Assembly: GCA_963719945.1 (NCBI GenBank)
Contig: CAVRDX010000001.1
Location: forward strand, 256,001-320,000
Length of the DNA stretch: 64,000 nt
Reading direction: 5' to 3'
Origin: an uncultured Thermoplasmata archaeon
GTDB lineage: Archaea; Thermoplasmatota; Thermoplasmata; UBA10834
Positions within the stretch are counted from its first letter, which is position 1. Each line of letters starts with the position of its first letter. Below are positions 32,696-42,087 of the stretch, one piece after another. A program made the position numbers and the translations under genes. The notes beneath the pieces are model-generated. The model was not told where the DNA came from. It saw only the letters and a list, made by a program, of their open reading frames with translations, and made no database searches.

Positions 32696-34097
32696 GCCGG
32701 TCTCTTAACAGACTGACTCGGACGCGCTTTTCTGCCACGGTGCATCTCTCGAGATCCTTCATTGCTCCGAATGCAACGCTCTTGTGCAGATGGACCCTGC
32801 TGTCCTCATCGCCTATCGTCACATCTCCTATGAGATGTTCCTGGACTCTGGCCTTCCTCTCTATGAACCTCAGCAGGTTGACCATGTCAATGCCATCTTT
32901 TCTCCCCAGGTTGATCGCGAAGGCCACCATTCCGAAATGGTCTGCGTACTCTTCGAAGTCGAGCTGACGCTTCACGGTATCCCTGCCACCGGAGTCTGGC
33001 ACATCCTCCTCTTGGATTGTCGTCCTGCCGAAGTTCTCTATGGCTTTGACCAGATGACGCTCCTCATTGGAGACGAATGTGATAGCCTTCCCTGTGCGTC
33101 CAGCTCTTGCGGTTCTGCCGATCCTGTGAACATAGTCTTCGGGGTTCCCTGGGATGTCATAGTTGAACACGTGAGATATGCCTTCGACATCAATGCCTCT
33201 AGCAGCGACATCGGTGGCGACGAGGATCTTCAACTTACCATTCCGGTATTTCGCCATGACCTTCTCTCTCGCGGACTGGCTCATATCCCCATGGATGCCC
33301 TCAACGGAGTACCCATAGGCTCTGAGTTTTCTTACCAGTGTGTCCACCATCCTCTTCGTGGAACAGAATATCAATGAGAGTTCCGGCTTCTCCGTATCAA
33401 GTATCCTGCACAGGGCCCAGAGCTTGTTCTTCCTTCCAACGTTGATATAGACCTGCTCGGTCTGGTCGACCGTCAAGGTGTCCTGGCTGATATTCACTGT
33501 TTTGGGGTCCTTCATGTATCTGAGGGCGAGTTCCCTTATGGCCTCAGGAAGGGTCGCCGAGAAAAGCATGGTCTGCCTCTTCTTCGGAACCCTCTGGAGT
33601 ATCCATTCGATATCATCGATGAACCCCATGTCCAACATCCTGTCAGCCTCATCGAGCACAACGACGGATACATTATCGAACGCGAGTTCTCCTCTTCTCA
33701 TCAGATCCATCAATCGACCTGGTGTGCCTACTACGATCTCTACACCCTTCCTCAATCTGCTGACCTGGACGGTTATCGATTGTCCACCGTAGATTGCCAA
33801 GGGCCGTAGGTCCATGTACTTCGACAGTTCGAAGAAATCTTCGGCTACTTGAACGGCCAACTCCCTTGTAGGCACCAGTACAAGAACCTGTATTCCTTTC
33901 TTGGGCTGGATCTTGGATACGATCGGTATGGCGAACGCTCCTGTCTTCCCAGTGCCCGTCTGGGCCTGGGCCATCAGGTCGAAGCCTTGATTGGCTAAAG
34001 GTATGGTCTGTTCCTGAACTGGGGTTGGATCTTCCCATTCCAACTCGGATATAGCTCTGAGTAATTCTTGGCTGCTTATGAGCTCCTTAAATTCCAT
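32685..34097 (-). CDS. DEAD-box RNA helicase with C-terminal DbpA-type RNA-binding domain (DeaD/CshA-like)
   Basis: PTPVQ, AQTGTGKT, PTRELA, DEAD, SAT, ARGID, HRIGRTAR; INLGRKDGI tail. Confidence 0.93.
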   Translation of the reverse strand: MEFKELISSQELLRAISELEWEDPTPVQEQTIPLANQGFDLMAQAQTGTGKTGAFAIPIVSKIQPKKGIQVLVLVPTRELAVQVAEDFFELSKYMDLRPLAIYGGQSITVQVSRLRKGVEIVVGTPGRLMDLMRRGELAFDNVSVVVLDEADRMLDMGFIDDIEWILQRVPKKRQTMLFSATLPEAIRELALRYMKDPKTVNISQDTLTVDQTEQVYINVGRKNKLWALCRILDTEKPELSLIFCSTKRMVDTLVRKLRAYGYSVEGIHGDMSQSAREKVMAKYRNGKLKILVATDVAARGIDVEGISHVFNYDIPGNPEDYVHRIGRTARAGRTGKAITFVSNEERHLVKAIENFGRTTIQEEDVPDSGGRDTVKRQLDFEEYADHFGMVAFAINLGRKDGIDMVNLLRFIERKARVQEHLIGDVTIGDEDSRVHLHKSVAFGAMKDLERCTVAEKRVRVSLLRDRLRR

Positions 34098-34187
34098 GCT
34101 TTCAATCTTCCTTGTCTTGTTCCAGATATCGAGTTAGTCTTTTTGTACTATTTGAATCCATATGGTTTCCAAGCGTAGGTCGTACAG

Positions 34188-34844
34188 ATGGTCGGTGGCT
34201 TATCCAAGGCAAGGGACGCCTGGCAAAGGTTGTATTCCAAACGCGGGCTTCATTATGGGGGTACTGGCGACATATCATTCCTGGAGCCTCATTTGCGGAA
34301 AGGGAGCCTCGCATTAGATGCCGGTTGCGGAGATGGGAAGACGACCGAAGCCCTCCTCAAGAGATGCGATGTGGTGGCATGTGATTTCTCTCGAGAGGCT
34401 CTCATGGCGCTGAGATCTCAGCGTGATCAGGATAGAATAGCTAATCTGGTCGAATGCAATATATTGAAACTCCCATTTGGTGAAGAAAAGTTCGATGTGA
34501 TTTCTTGCGTTCACATCCTTTCGCACATGGTCGGGGTGGAAAGGATCACAGCGGCGAACCAGTTATCCGCAGCCCTCAAGTCGGGCGGGTTCATGCTCGT
34601 CGAGGTCTTCGGTCGAGGGGATATAAGATGCGGGGAAGGCAAGGAGGTCGAGGATTTCTCCTACCTTCGTGGAGACGGCATAATGACCCACTACTTCCAG
34701 GAGGGCGAAGTCCAGTCCCTGTTCCGAACCTTCGAGATTGTGATGGAAATCGGTGCGATAAGGAGGGTCACCTTCGGTGCGGTCGCGGGCAAGAGGGATG
34801 TCCTCAGGGTGCTGATGCGGAAGCCCGGAGACAAACCCGTATAG
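34188..34844 (+). CDS. Class I SAM-dependent methyltransferase
   Basis: LDAGCGDG, DFS, LPFGEEKFDVI, LKSGG. Confidence 0.85.
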   Translation: MVGGLSKARDAWQRLYSKRGLHYGGTGDISFLEPHLRKGSLALDAGCGDGKTTEALLKRCDVVACDFSREALMALRSQRDQDRIANLVECNILKLPFGEEKFDVISCVHILSHMVGVERITAANQLSAALKSGGFMLVEVFGRGDIRCGEGKEVEDFSYLRGDGIMTHYFQEGEVQSLFRTFEIVMEIGAIRRVTFGAVAGKRDVLRVLMRKPGDKPV

Positions 34845-34998
34845 AAATCGACATAAGTCTTCCGCCAGAGATCGACTATCTGCTTCATGATTCAGAGATC
34901 ATCCGCCAAGGCGATGCACTGATTTAGGAATACGAGGAGCGGATTGCTTGAATCAATGCCTCGAAAGTTTTATTATGTCGACGACTGGATGCAGCCGC

Positions 34999-35280
34999 AT
35001 GGTCAGCAAGGTTCATGCAGCGCACATATTGGTGAAGAGCGAGAACGAGGCCAAGGAACTGATGAACAAGGTCAAGGGCGGAGAGAACTTTGGAGAGTTG
35101 GCAAAGAAGCACTCGGAATGCCCTTCAGGCAAGAATGGTGGGGACCTCGGCTGGTTCGGGAAGAACATGATGGTCCGCGAGTTCGAAGTCGCAGCTTTCG
35201 CGGGAGAGAAGGGCCAGGTAGTCGGTCCCATTAAGACTCAGTTCGGATGGCATCTGATTCGAGTTCTTGATAAGAACTGA
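34999..35280 (+). CDS. ppiC: Parvulin-type peptidyl-prolyl isomerase
   Basis: AAHILVK, FGELAKKHSECPS, GGDLGWF, MVREFE, KTQFGWHLI. Confidence 0.93.
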   Translation: MVSKVHAAHILVKSENEAKELMNKVKGGENFGELAKKHSECPSGKNGGDLGWFGKNMMVREFEVAAFAGEKGQVVGPIKTQFGWHLIRVLDKN

Positions 35281-35510
35281 ATTGATAGGTCCGGGTGCAG
35301 AAGCCTGTCCTCGAACCATCTTAAACCACTTCTTTCATATTCTCGATGTATCTGACAGATATTCTCATCCGACATTTGTAGAGCTGGATATGGTCGGTCT
35401 CGGAATAGCTTTTCTTCGCGGTTGCTGGCAGTTTGATATTCCCGAAAGTGAAATATCCTAAATCCCTTTGGTAGCAAATTATAAGCCAAGTTCATCCATG
35501 CGCAGAAGTC

Positions 35511-35987
35511 ATGGTAGCCGCAGCATCAAAGACGTCCGAGTTCCGACGGATAGATGATTATGGTGCAGTGAAGGAGCTGGCGATCAGGGCGGGCCTGGAT
35601 GTGGCGGATAAGCCGATCGACGACATAGTCGCAGCCTTTGGATACTTCGTTGATGGCACGCTCATGGGCAGTGCCGCACTCGAATTCGAGGAAGGCAATC
35701 ATTTTCTCGAATGGGTTGCTGTCGATAGCAGTGTAAGGCTTAGAGGAATAGGCGCATCACTCGTGGGCATGGTTGAGGACGAGGCGATGTCTCGAGGAAT
35801 GACCGAACTCTGGGCAAAGGCAAGGATTCCGGATTTCTACCGGCGGATCGGCTATCGCATTCTGAGCAAGGACGAGCGAGGTCTGAAGACTCTCGATGGA
35901 TGTCGGGGATGCCCAGAGCGCAACAAAACATGCCATCCAGCAATAATCGTGAAGAACCTAGGGCCGAAGCGGAGAACGGTCTCTTGA
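35511..35987 (+). CDS. GNAT N-acetyltransferase (ArgA-like short form)
   Basis: VAVDSSVRLRGIGASLV motif A, FYRRIGY, C-terminal CxxC. Confidence 0.8.
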   Translation: MVAAASKTSEFRRIDDYGAVKELAIRAGLDVADKPIDDIVAAFGYFVDGTLMGSAALEFEEGNHFLEWVAVDSSVRLRGIGASLVGMVEDEAMSRGMTELWAKARIPDFYRRIGYRILSKDERGLKTLDGCRGCPERNKTCHPAIIVKNLGPKRRTVS

Positions 35988-36007
35988 ATCACTGGCCCCT
36001 AGGCTTT

Positions 36008-37171
36008 TCATTCTTCGTATGGCTTGCCTTCGCCTAGCACTGCGTGTACTTTTGGCATAAGATCCTTGACCGGTATCTTCTGCGGGCATTTCTCTACGCA
36101 TTCACCACATTGTGTGCATGCACTGGCACGGCCACCTTCTTCGAGGAATCTCTGATAGGAGAATCGCGATGACTCCACCGCTTCGTACATGAATCCTTCA
36201 TTGTATAGTTCGAAATTGGATGGTATCTTGACTCCACTCGGGCAGGGCATGCAATATCCACACTTGGTGCACTGGACGAGCATCTTCTGCCGGTACTTCT
36301 CCTGTATCCTCTTGATCAGGCTCTGTTCATCCTCGCTGAGATGATTAGGTCTTGATGCTTCTGCGGATCTCAGGTTCTCATTGACTTGGTCCATGGTACT
36401 CATGCCACTGAGGATGAGGGAGACCTCCGGTTGGTCCCATATCCATTGGAGCGCCAGATCAGCCGGAGTCCGTGTGGATTCCGATTCATTCAGAACATCA
36501 GTTATCTGCCTAGGCGGCCTTGCCAGCTTTCCGCCCAGAAGCGGTTCCATTATGACGACCGCGAGCCCCTTTGATGCGGCGTACTTCAACCCTTCCGTGC
36601 CTGCTTGGTTCTCTGTGTCCATGTAGTTGTACTGTATCTGGCAGAACGTCCATTTGTCATATCCATCCATTATTGTCCTGAACGCCTCGATATCATCGTG
36701 GAATGAGAATCCAAGATGCCTGATTCTTCCGTCTCTGATTGCAGCCTCCGCTTTATCGAGCAATCCCAACTTGATTACAGTGTCTTCCCATCTCTCCTTT
36801 CCCAGACCATGGAGCAGATAGAAATCGATGTAGTCGGTCCGAAGTCTATCAAGCTGTTCGTTCAGGTATTTATCAAAATCATCAGCTTCTTTGACCAGCC
36901 ATACGGGGGATTTCGTTGCGAGCCTCACTTTCTCCCTGTATCCGTCCTTGAGCACATTGCCCAGCAGAACCTCGCTCTTTCCTTCGTGATATGGATATGC
37001 CGTGTCTATGTAGTTGACACCCTTATCGATGGCCGAGCGGATCATCTTGGTCGCCATCCCTTCATCGATGTTCCCTCCAAATGGGTTGCCATCGGTGGTG
37101 GGAAGGCGCATGCATCCGAAACCTAGAGCTGAAGTCTTCCAGTCGAGCTTCCCAAAATCTCTGTACTGCAT
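36008..37171 (-). CDS. Aldo/keto reductase with C-terminal Fe-S domain
   Basis: LGFGCMRLP, IDTAYPYH, ATK, LLH, GFSFHD, MEPLLGG; CTKCGYCMPCP and CTQCGECVEKCP. Confidence 0.92.
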   Translation of the reverse strand: MQYRDFGKLDWKTSALGFGCMRLPTTDGNPFGGNIDEGMATKMIRSAIDKGVNYIDTAYPYHEGKSEVLLGNVLKDGYREKVRLATKSPVWLVKEADDFDKYLNEQLDRLRTDYIDFYLLHGLGKERWEDTVIKLGLLDKAEAAIRDGRIRHLGFSFHDDIEAFRTIMDGYDKWTFCQIQYNYMDTENQAGTEGLKYAASKGLAVVIMEPLLGGKLARPPRQITDVLNESESTRTPADLALQWIWDQPEVSLILSGMSTMDQVNENLRSAEASRPNHLSEDEQSLIKRIQEKYRQKMLVQCTKCGYCMPCPSGVKIPSNFELYNEGFMYEAVESSRFSYQRFLEEGGRASACTQCGECVEKCPQKIPVKDLMPKVHAVLGEGKPYEE

Positions 37172-37303
37172 CTCAACACCTTCTGGATATCAATGATTCT
37201 CAGGGTCGTTCCTTGACGTTTCCGGCTTCCATGACCAATGAATCATCTTCGGGATCGATTTGGAGTCATTTCTCCAATACCTGTGTTTGTGCAAGCATGG
37301 GCC

Positions 37304-37465
37304 ATGGATCGTATGACCGAGCCTGATATGGCTCTGCAAGAGCATAGGCTTGCATGACAAATAACCATTGCCCCAAGACGCAATGGTGAGGGGATATCAG
37401 CAGATGATTTGTGGGCGAGTGCGAATTGGCTGCTCGCATAACCGCCAAAGCTCGGTCATATCCAT
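37304..37465 (+). ncRNA. Candidate structured RNA / cis-regulatory element (unclassified)
   Basis: TATGACCGAGC (37312-22) / GCTCGGTCATA (37450-60) perfect 11-bp closing stem plus 5-bp extension, enclosing three hairpins. Confidence 0.35.
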
Positions 37466-37666
37466 CTGTTTAATATGTACATCATTATTCCCCTGATTGG
37501 GCATCTTTGAGTTTATCGGAAGCAGCGGATGGGATAATGATGAATGACGCTTGGATTGAGCAGGGCGAGGGTTTCGGAGCCATTGGAGCGGAACCCAGGT
37601 CCGATTATCTTCGTCTGCTATTGACACAGTCTGCTCTTGTTGCGCAGTGATCGGTGAAGCTGCATC

Positions 37667-39535
37667 ATGTCTTTCAAAAGAATTCTTTTAGTCAAGCCTT
37701 CTGGCAGGCACGGTCTCTCTTATGCATTCGACCTGGTTCCGACCGCGCTTGAATACATTGCTGCTGCTGTTGAGGATATCACAGATACAGTGACCATCTT
37801 GGACCTCGAGATGGAGCCTGGGACATTCGAAGAAGCTTTCAAGGAGTCCTTGATGGCTCTGGATCCTGACCTTGTGGGGATTACGATGTCTGCCACCGAT
37901 CACAGCGAAGGCCTGGAAATCGCACGGTTGGCCAAGAGTCACGGGGCATTGACCATATTGGGCGGATATCATCCCACAGCCATCGTCGATGAACTCTTAT
38001 TGCAGCCCCAGGTGGACATGGTAATCCGTGGCGAAGGCGAAATCACCATGCGGGAGCTGGTCGAAAATGGTGGGCCAGAAGGTGTGCGGGGCATCTCGTA
38101 CAGGAAGAATGCGCAGATAATTCATAACCCTGATCGAGAGTTCGTTGATGATCTGGATAGTCTGCCTTTTCCAGCTCGACACCTTAGGAGATATGACTAT
38201 GGTACAAGGCTGATGCCAGATCGAGAGTATGATGTCTTGACGACCTCCAGAGGGTGTTTCGGCAGATGCACTTTCTGTTGTGAGCCAACCATGAGCAAAG
38301 GTCATCAGCGCTTCCGCTCTCCAGAGAATGTCATGGAGGAAATATTGGAGATAGTCTCTTTCCACGACAACAAGCCAATTAGCATTGATATCACCGACCC
38401 TCATTTCATGGGGCGACCAGAGCTAGTGGAGCAGCTGTGCGATCTCTTGGCCCAGCATGAGCTCGACATACGTTTCGGCGTCAAGGTGCGAGCAGATTCG
38501 GTGGCGAAGCATCCTGACATCGTACGGAAGATGATTGCAGTCGGGATTGAGGGTTTCGAAATGGGCATAGAAAGCCCTAACATGGCTGACATCAAATCTG
38601 TATCCAAGGGCATGAGTACCGACGTGCACATCCAGGCGGTCAACAACATAAAAAGATGGGGCGGGAATGCAGGCGGGACATTTGTAATCGGCCTCCCTGA
38701 TCAGACCGAGGACCAGATACTGGAATTCCCCACATATGCCAAGAAGATAGGACTCACTAGCACTGCCTACGGCATCGCGACACCTTTTCCTGGCACCCGA
38801 TTCTATGATGAATTGGATGCCCAGGGGCTGATCTTCGAGACAGACTGGAATCGTTATGATGAGATGCACTCGATATTCAAGTCCAAACATATCTCCAGCG
38901 AACGGATGGAAGAGCTGGCCTCCATCTGCATGGCCCGATTCTGGACTGTTGACATGTTCATCGAAAAGGAGCGTATGCATCTGATAAGGCATGGGTCCAA
39001 AAGATCACTCGCCAGATTCCTCGCTGAAAAGATGCATGAACTGAGTTTCTCGATTGAGATGGGTTCGCAACTCCAGAACAAGAATCTGGGGAAGCATGTG
39101 CAAGCGGTGATAGAAGCGTCAGCGGACCCTGGCGTGGAAGGTTATACGAGGAACACTGGGGTACACAACATCATCGACATGACCTTGTTCCTAAGACTCC
39201 TTGGTGATCAGACCGTGCAACTCACAGTGATGAGCGATGGAATAGCTATCACGAGCTGGATTCTAAAGACCACACGAGATGGGGTAGAGTATATTCGAGT
39301 CATCCCTGGGAAATCTGACCTGAACACCATCAATCTGGATGTGGATCTAGATCATTTCGATTTCGGCGGGGACCGTGGCCTAAACATCATCGATAGCATC
39401 CGAATCTTGGGGAAGATGCTCGCATCGAACCGAGGGATAAGAAAGCAGCCTCGCATGTTCCGATTGTTGATTGCTGGAGTCCTCGAGTTGGTTGCTGGGT
39501 ATCTGAGATCTATTGATCGGGCAAGGGCGGATTGA
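37667..39535 (+). CDS. Cobalamin-binding-domain radical SAM enzyme with C-terminal extension
   Basis: LEYIAA, LVGIT, ILGGYHPT, RGEGE, LPFPAR, TSRGCFGRCTFC (CxxxCxxC), GIES, FVIGLP, TPFPGT. Confidence 0.9.
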   Translation: MSFKRILLVKPSGRHGLSYAFDLVPTALEYIAAAVEDITDTVTILDLEMEPGTFEEAFKESLMALDPDLVGITMSATDHSEGLEIARLAKSHGALTILGGYHPTAIVDELLLQPQVDMVIRGEGEITMRELVENGGPEGVRGISYRKNAQIIHNPDREFVDDLDSLPFPARHLRRYDYGTRLMPDREYDVLTTSRGCFGRCTFCCEPTMSKGHQRFRSPENVMEEILEIVSFHDNKPISIDITDPHFMGRPELVEQLCDLLAQHELDIRFGVKVRADSVAKHPDIVRKMIAVGIEGFEMGIESPNMADIKSVSKGMSTDVHIQAVNNIKRWGGNAGGTFVIGLPDQTEDQILEFPTYAKKIGLTSTAYGIATPFPGTRFYDELDAQGLIFETDWNRYDEMHSIFKSKHISSERMEELASICMARFWTVDMFIEKERMHLIRHGSKRSLARFLAEKMHELSFSIEMGSQLQNKNLGKHVQAVIEASADPGVEGYTRNTGVHNIIDMTLFLRLLGDQTVQLTVMSDGIAITSWILKTTRDGVEYIRVIPGKSDLNTINLDVDLDHFDFGGDRGLNIIDSIRILGKMLASNRGIRKQPRMFRLLIAGVLELVAGYLRSIDRARAD

Positions 39536-39559
39536 TTCGCATACTATTTGCCTGATATG

Positions 39560-39970
39560 TCATTTCTCTGATTGATCGAAGTAATATCCACATGGTTCGT
39601 GCAGCTGCTCATCCTTGGTTCTCGGATACTTGCGACACTGAATGGGTCTTATCGCATATGCCTTGCACTTAGCTATCGGTGGGTCGTCATCAGAATACCT
39701 AAGGAATGGACATTTGACAAGGAACTGACAACACGCTCCGCAATTTCTGCAGTTCCCACTCCTCTTCGAATCTATCGGTAATACGAGGCTGGTCACGAAT
39801 CTCTTCATCTTGCCATCGAAAGGGCCGTTGGGGAATCTTGATGAGTTCATAGTTTCCCTTCTGTGGGAGAAGATCCTGTCATCTGATGCTCGCAATACTT
39901 CGGTATGCTGTTCGGCATTATATCTGTACGTGTCATCATCATTCACGTCATCCCATCGCTTAGATACCAT
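39560..39970 (-). CDS. YkgJ-like cysteine-cluster (CxxCxxCC) protein
   Basis: CRNCGACC, CPFL, CKAYAIRPIQCRKYP. Confidence 0.75.
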   Translation of the reverse strand: MVSKRWDDVNDDDTYRYNAEQHTEVLRASDDRIFSHRRETMNSSRFPNGPFDGKMKRFVTSLVLPIDSKRSGNCRNCGACCQFLVKCPFLRYSDDDPPIAKCKAYAIRPIQCRKYPRTKDEQLHEPCGYYFDQSEK

Positions 39971-40015
39971 GGCGGTATCCAGTCCTGATTTCCTCGATTC
40001 TCTCTCTATTGGGGA

Positions 40016-40888
40016 TCACTCTTGATTGATACTGCCCGTGCCTGTCAATTCCTCACTGATTCTCCAAAGCCTCTTCGCCACGCTCTCATCATAGGATTCC
40101 TTCGAGGATTTCTTCACTTTCTTCTTTGCGAAGTACTTCCCGGATACCGAAACGACCTCTGGAGAGGATGCCAAGTATATCGACGTCTGAGCCCCTTTCC
40201 TGGCGCTGATCATGAATGGCTTGCTCAGCAGGATGAACAACTTCCACGCGCCTGTTGTGTCTTTCCCGAAATTAGTTCTCACCATTCCAGGATGGAGGCA
40301 GTTGACGGTCACGCCGGTGTCTGAGAGTCTTCTCGCGAGTTCATATGTGAATAGAATATTCGCCAGTTTTGCCTGCCCATACGCCTTTCCGGGAGTGTAT
40401 CCCTTCTCGATCATGATATCATCGAAATCAATGTGACCCATAATATGACCCACTGAACTCAAATTGATTATCCTCGATGGGGCACTTCTGATGATGATGT
40501 CGAGGAGCAGCGATGTCAGGAGGAAGTGCGACAGATGGTCAAGAGCTAGAGTGTATTCATAGCCATCGACTGAGATTCGTCTTTCGTTAATTATCTCCCC
40601 TGCATTGTTGATGAGCACATCGAGTCGGTCGTATTTTTCTCTGTACTCGGATGCAAGTCTGCGGACACTTTCCATTGATGTCAGGTCGCAGGGTAGATAG
40701 TCGATGTCTTTATTCTCGGTCTCAGACCTCATCTCATCAACAATTCTGATCAGTTTCTCCTTCGACCGACTGACGAGCACGAGTGTGGCTCCCATATGGG
40801 CTAATCCTCTCGCAGTTTCTTTGCCTATGCCCCCGGTGGCTCCGGTTATCATCACGACTTTTCCTTTCATCGAATCGTTATGTGGCAT
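40016..40888 (-). CDS. SDR oxidoreductase (retinol-dehydrogenase-like)
   Basis: TGATGGIG, NNAG, SSVGH, YGQAK, HPG, SGKYF. Confidence 0.92.
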   Translation of the reverse strand: MPHNDSMKGKVVMITGATGGIGKETARGLAHMGATLVLVSRSKEKLIRIVDEMRSETENKDIDYLPCDLTSMESVRRLASEYREKYDRLDVLINNAGEIINERRISVDGYEYTLALDHLSHFLLTSLLLDIIIRSAPSRIINLSSVGHIMGHIDFDDIMIEKGYTPGKAYGQAKLANILFTYELARRLSDTGVTVNCLHPGMVRTNFGKDTTGAWKLFILLSKPFMISARKGAQTSIYLASSPEVVSVSGKYFAKKKVKKSSKESYDESVAKRLWRISEELTGTGSINQE

Positions 40889-41073
40889 AGTTATTCACAA
40901 TCCTCCTCCTCCAAATCTCCGCCAGTGCGCATAGACTTATGGATTGGAATATATCTTTTGTGTTGCGAGCACTATGATCCGTTTGCCATGGTTATTTGAT
41001 TCGGGTCAAACCTCGGTGAATTCATAATCAAATTAATATAGCGCAATCTTTGTCTTTATACTGGGGATTTGGT

Positions 41074-41367
41074 ATGAATATCTCAAACAGACAGGCAATG
41101 ATGACTGTTCTCATAGTATTTTCATCTCTGATGTTCTTTCTCGTGTTGGGGTCGGAGACTGCATCCGCAAGGATGACCGCTAATGAACTCAATCCGCCAT
41201 GGTGGGAGAATCCATTGATCCAACCTTGCATCATGGTACTAATCACAATCATCCTCTATGCTGTATCGGCAGCAATCATCCTTGGTCCAAGGACTGAGCG
41301 GACGCATATACCGATGGACGAACTGAGCCGGACATCAAGATACGAAATCAATATGAGACGGATTTGA
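41074..41367 (+). CDS. Small hypothetical membrane protein (two hydrophobic segments)
   Basis: Signal/TM-like MMTVLIVFSSLMFFLVLG and second TM IMVLITIILYAVSAAIILG. Confidence 0.5.
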   Translation: MNISNRQAMMTVLIVFSSLMFFLVLGSETASARMTANELNPPWWENPLIQPCIMVLITIILYAVSAAIILGPRTERTHIPMDELSRTSRYEINMRRI

Positions 41368-41469
41368 TGAAATCGATATTCTCCTGTAGATGATGTCCGC
41401 GGTTATCTTGATAATTGTGATAGCAGATTTCATTTCCAGATTTCAATCAAGGATGTATTATGGGAGAAA

Positions 41470-41913
41470 TTACTGCGTATTCTGTGGATGAGATTCGAGT
41501 TCATCTTTCAGAAGAGTCAGGCCCTTGATGAGTGCTTCGTTCATATGCTCACCTACTTGTTCCGCCGCCGTCTGCGGATCAGATTGCGCCGAATCTGGGC
41601 TTCGAGGAGTGTATTCCCGGAGATTGTTCTGCATACGATTCCTTTCCCTGAGAATCTTTGCCATGAAGGACCATATGGATGCAATGCATTCTATGCGATT
41701 CATAGTGTTCTCATCCTTAGATCCTGATACTTGTATCAATCTGGAGCTGTCTTCCATAGCAGATCTAAGCGACAGTCCATCAACTGAAACGGCGAGATCC
41801 TCCTCTGATGCATTTATTCTGAGTGATTCGAGCGCCTTGGATATCTCATCGATTGCTCTCCGGGTCTTCCTAGGAAGCCGGCCCGGAGATCCGTCACGTC
41901 TGAACAAGCCCAT
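41470..41913 (-). CDS. Hypothetical protein
   Basis: 147-aa helical ORF, no recognisable motif. Confidence 0.5.
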   Translation of the reverse strand: MGLFRRDGSPGRLPRKTRRAIDEISKALESLRINASEEDLAVSVDGLSLRSAMEDSSRLIQVSGSKDENTMNRIECIASIWSFMAKILRERNRMQNNLREYTPRSPDSAQSDPQTAAEQVGEHMNEALIKGLTLLKDELESHPQNTQ

Positions 41914-42087
41914 GGGTGATGTGTATGATTGTCATTGGCATATTGTGTTTTCGCATGATGTGAGCATTGTGGGAAGCCCTGTCTGGCTCATGTTCAAATT
42001 GCGACAAGAATGGGAGCCTACACCGTCCACATAGTCATGAATAACCCTTATCTCCTATTGCAGGATGATGATTGGAGAGAGAAACAG

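Noticed and set aside
37304-37465. Cobalamin riboswitch
   Set aside because: Conserved elements (AGGGAA, GCCACTG, B12 box AGYCAGRAGACC) are absent on both strands; kept only as an unclassified structure
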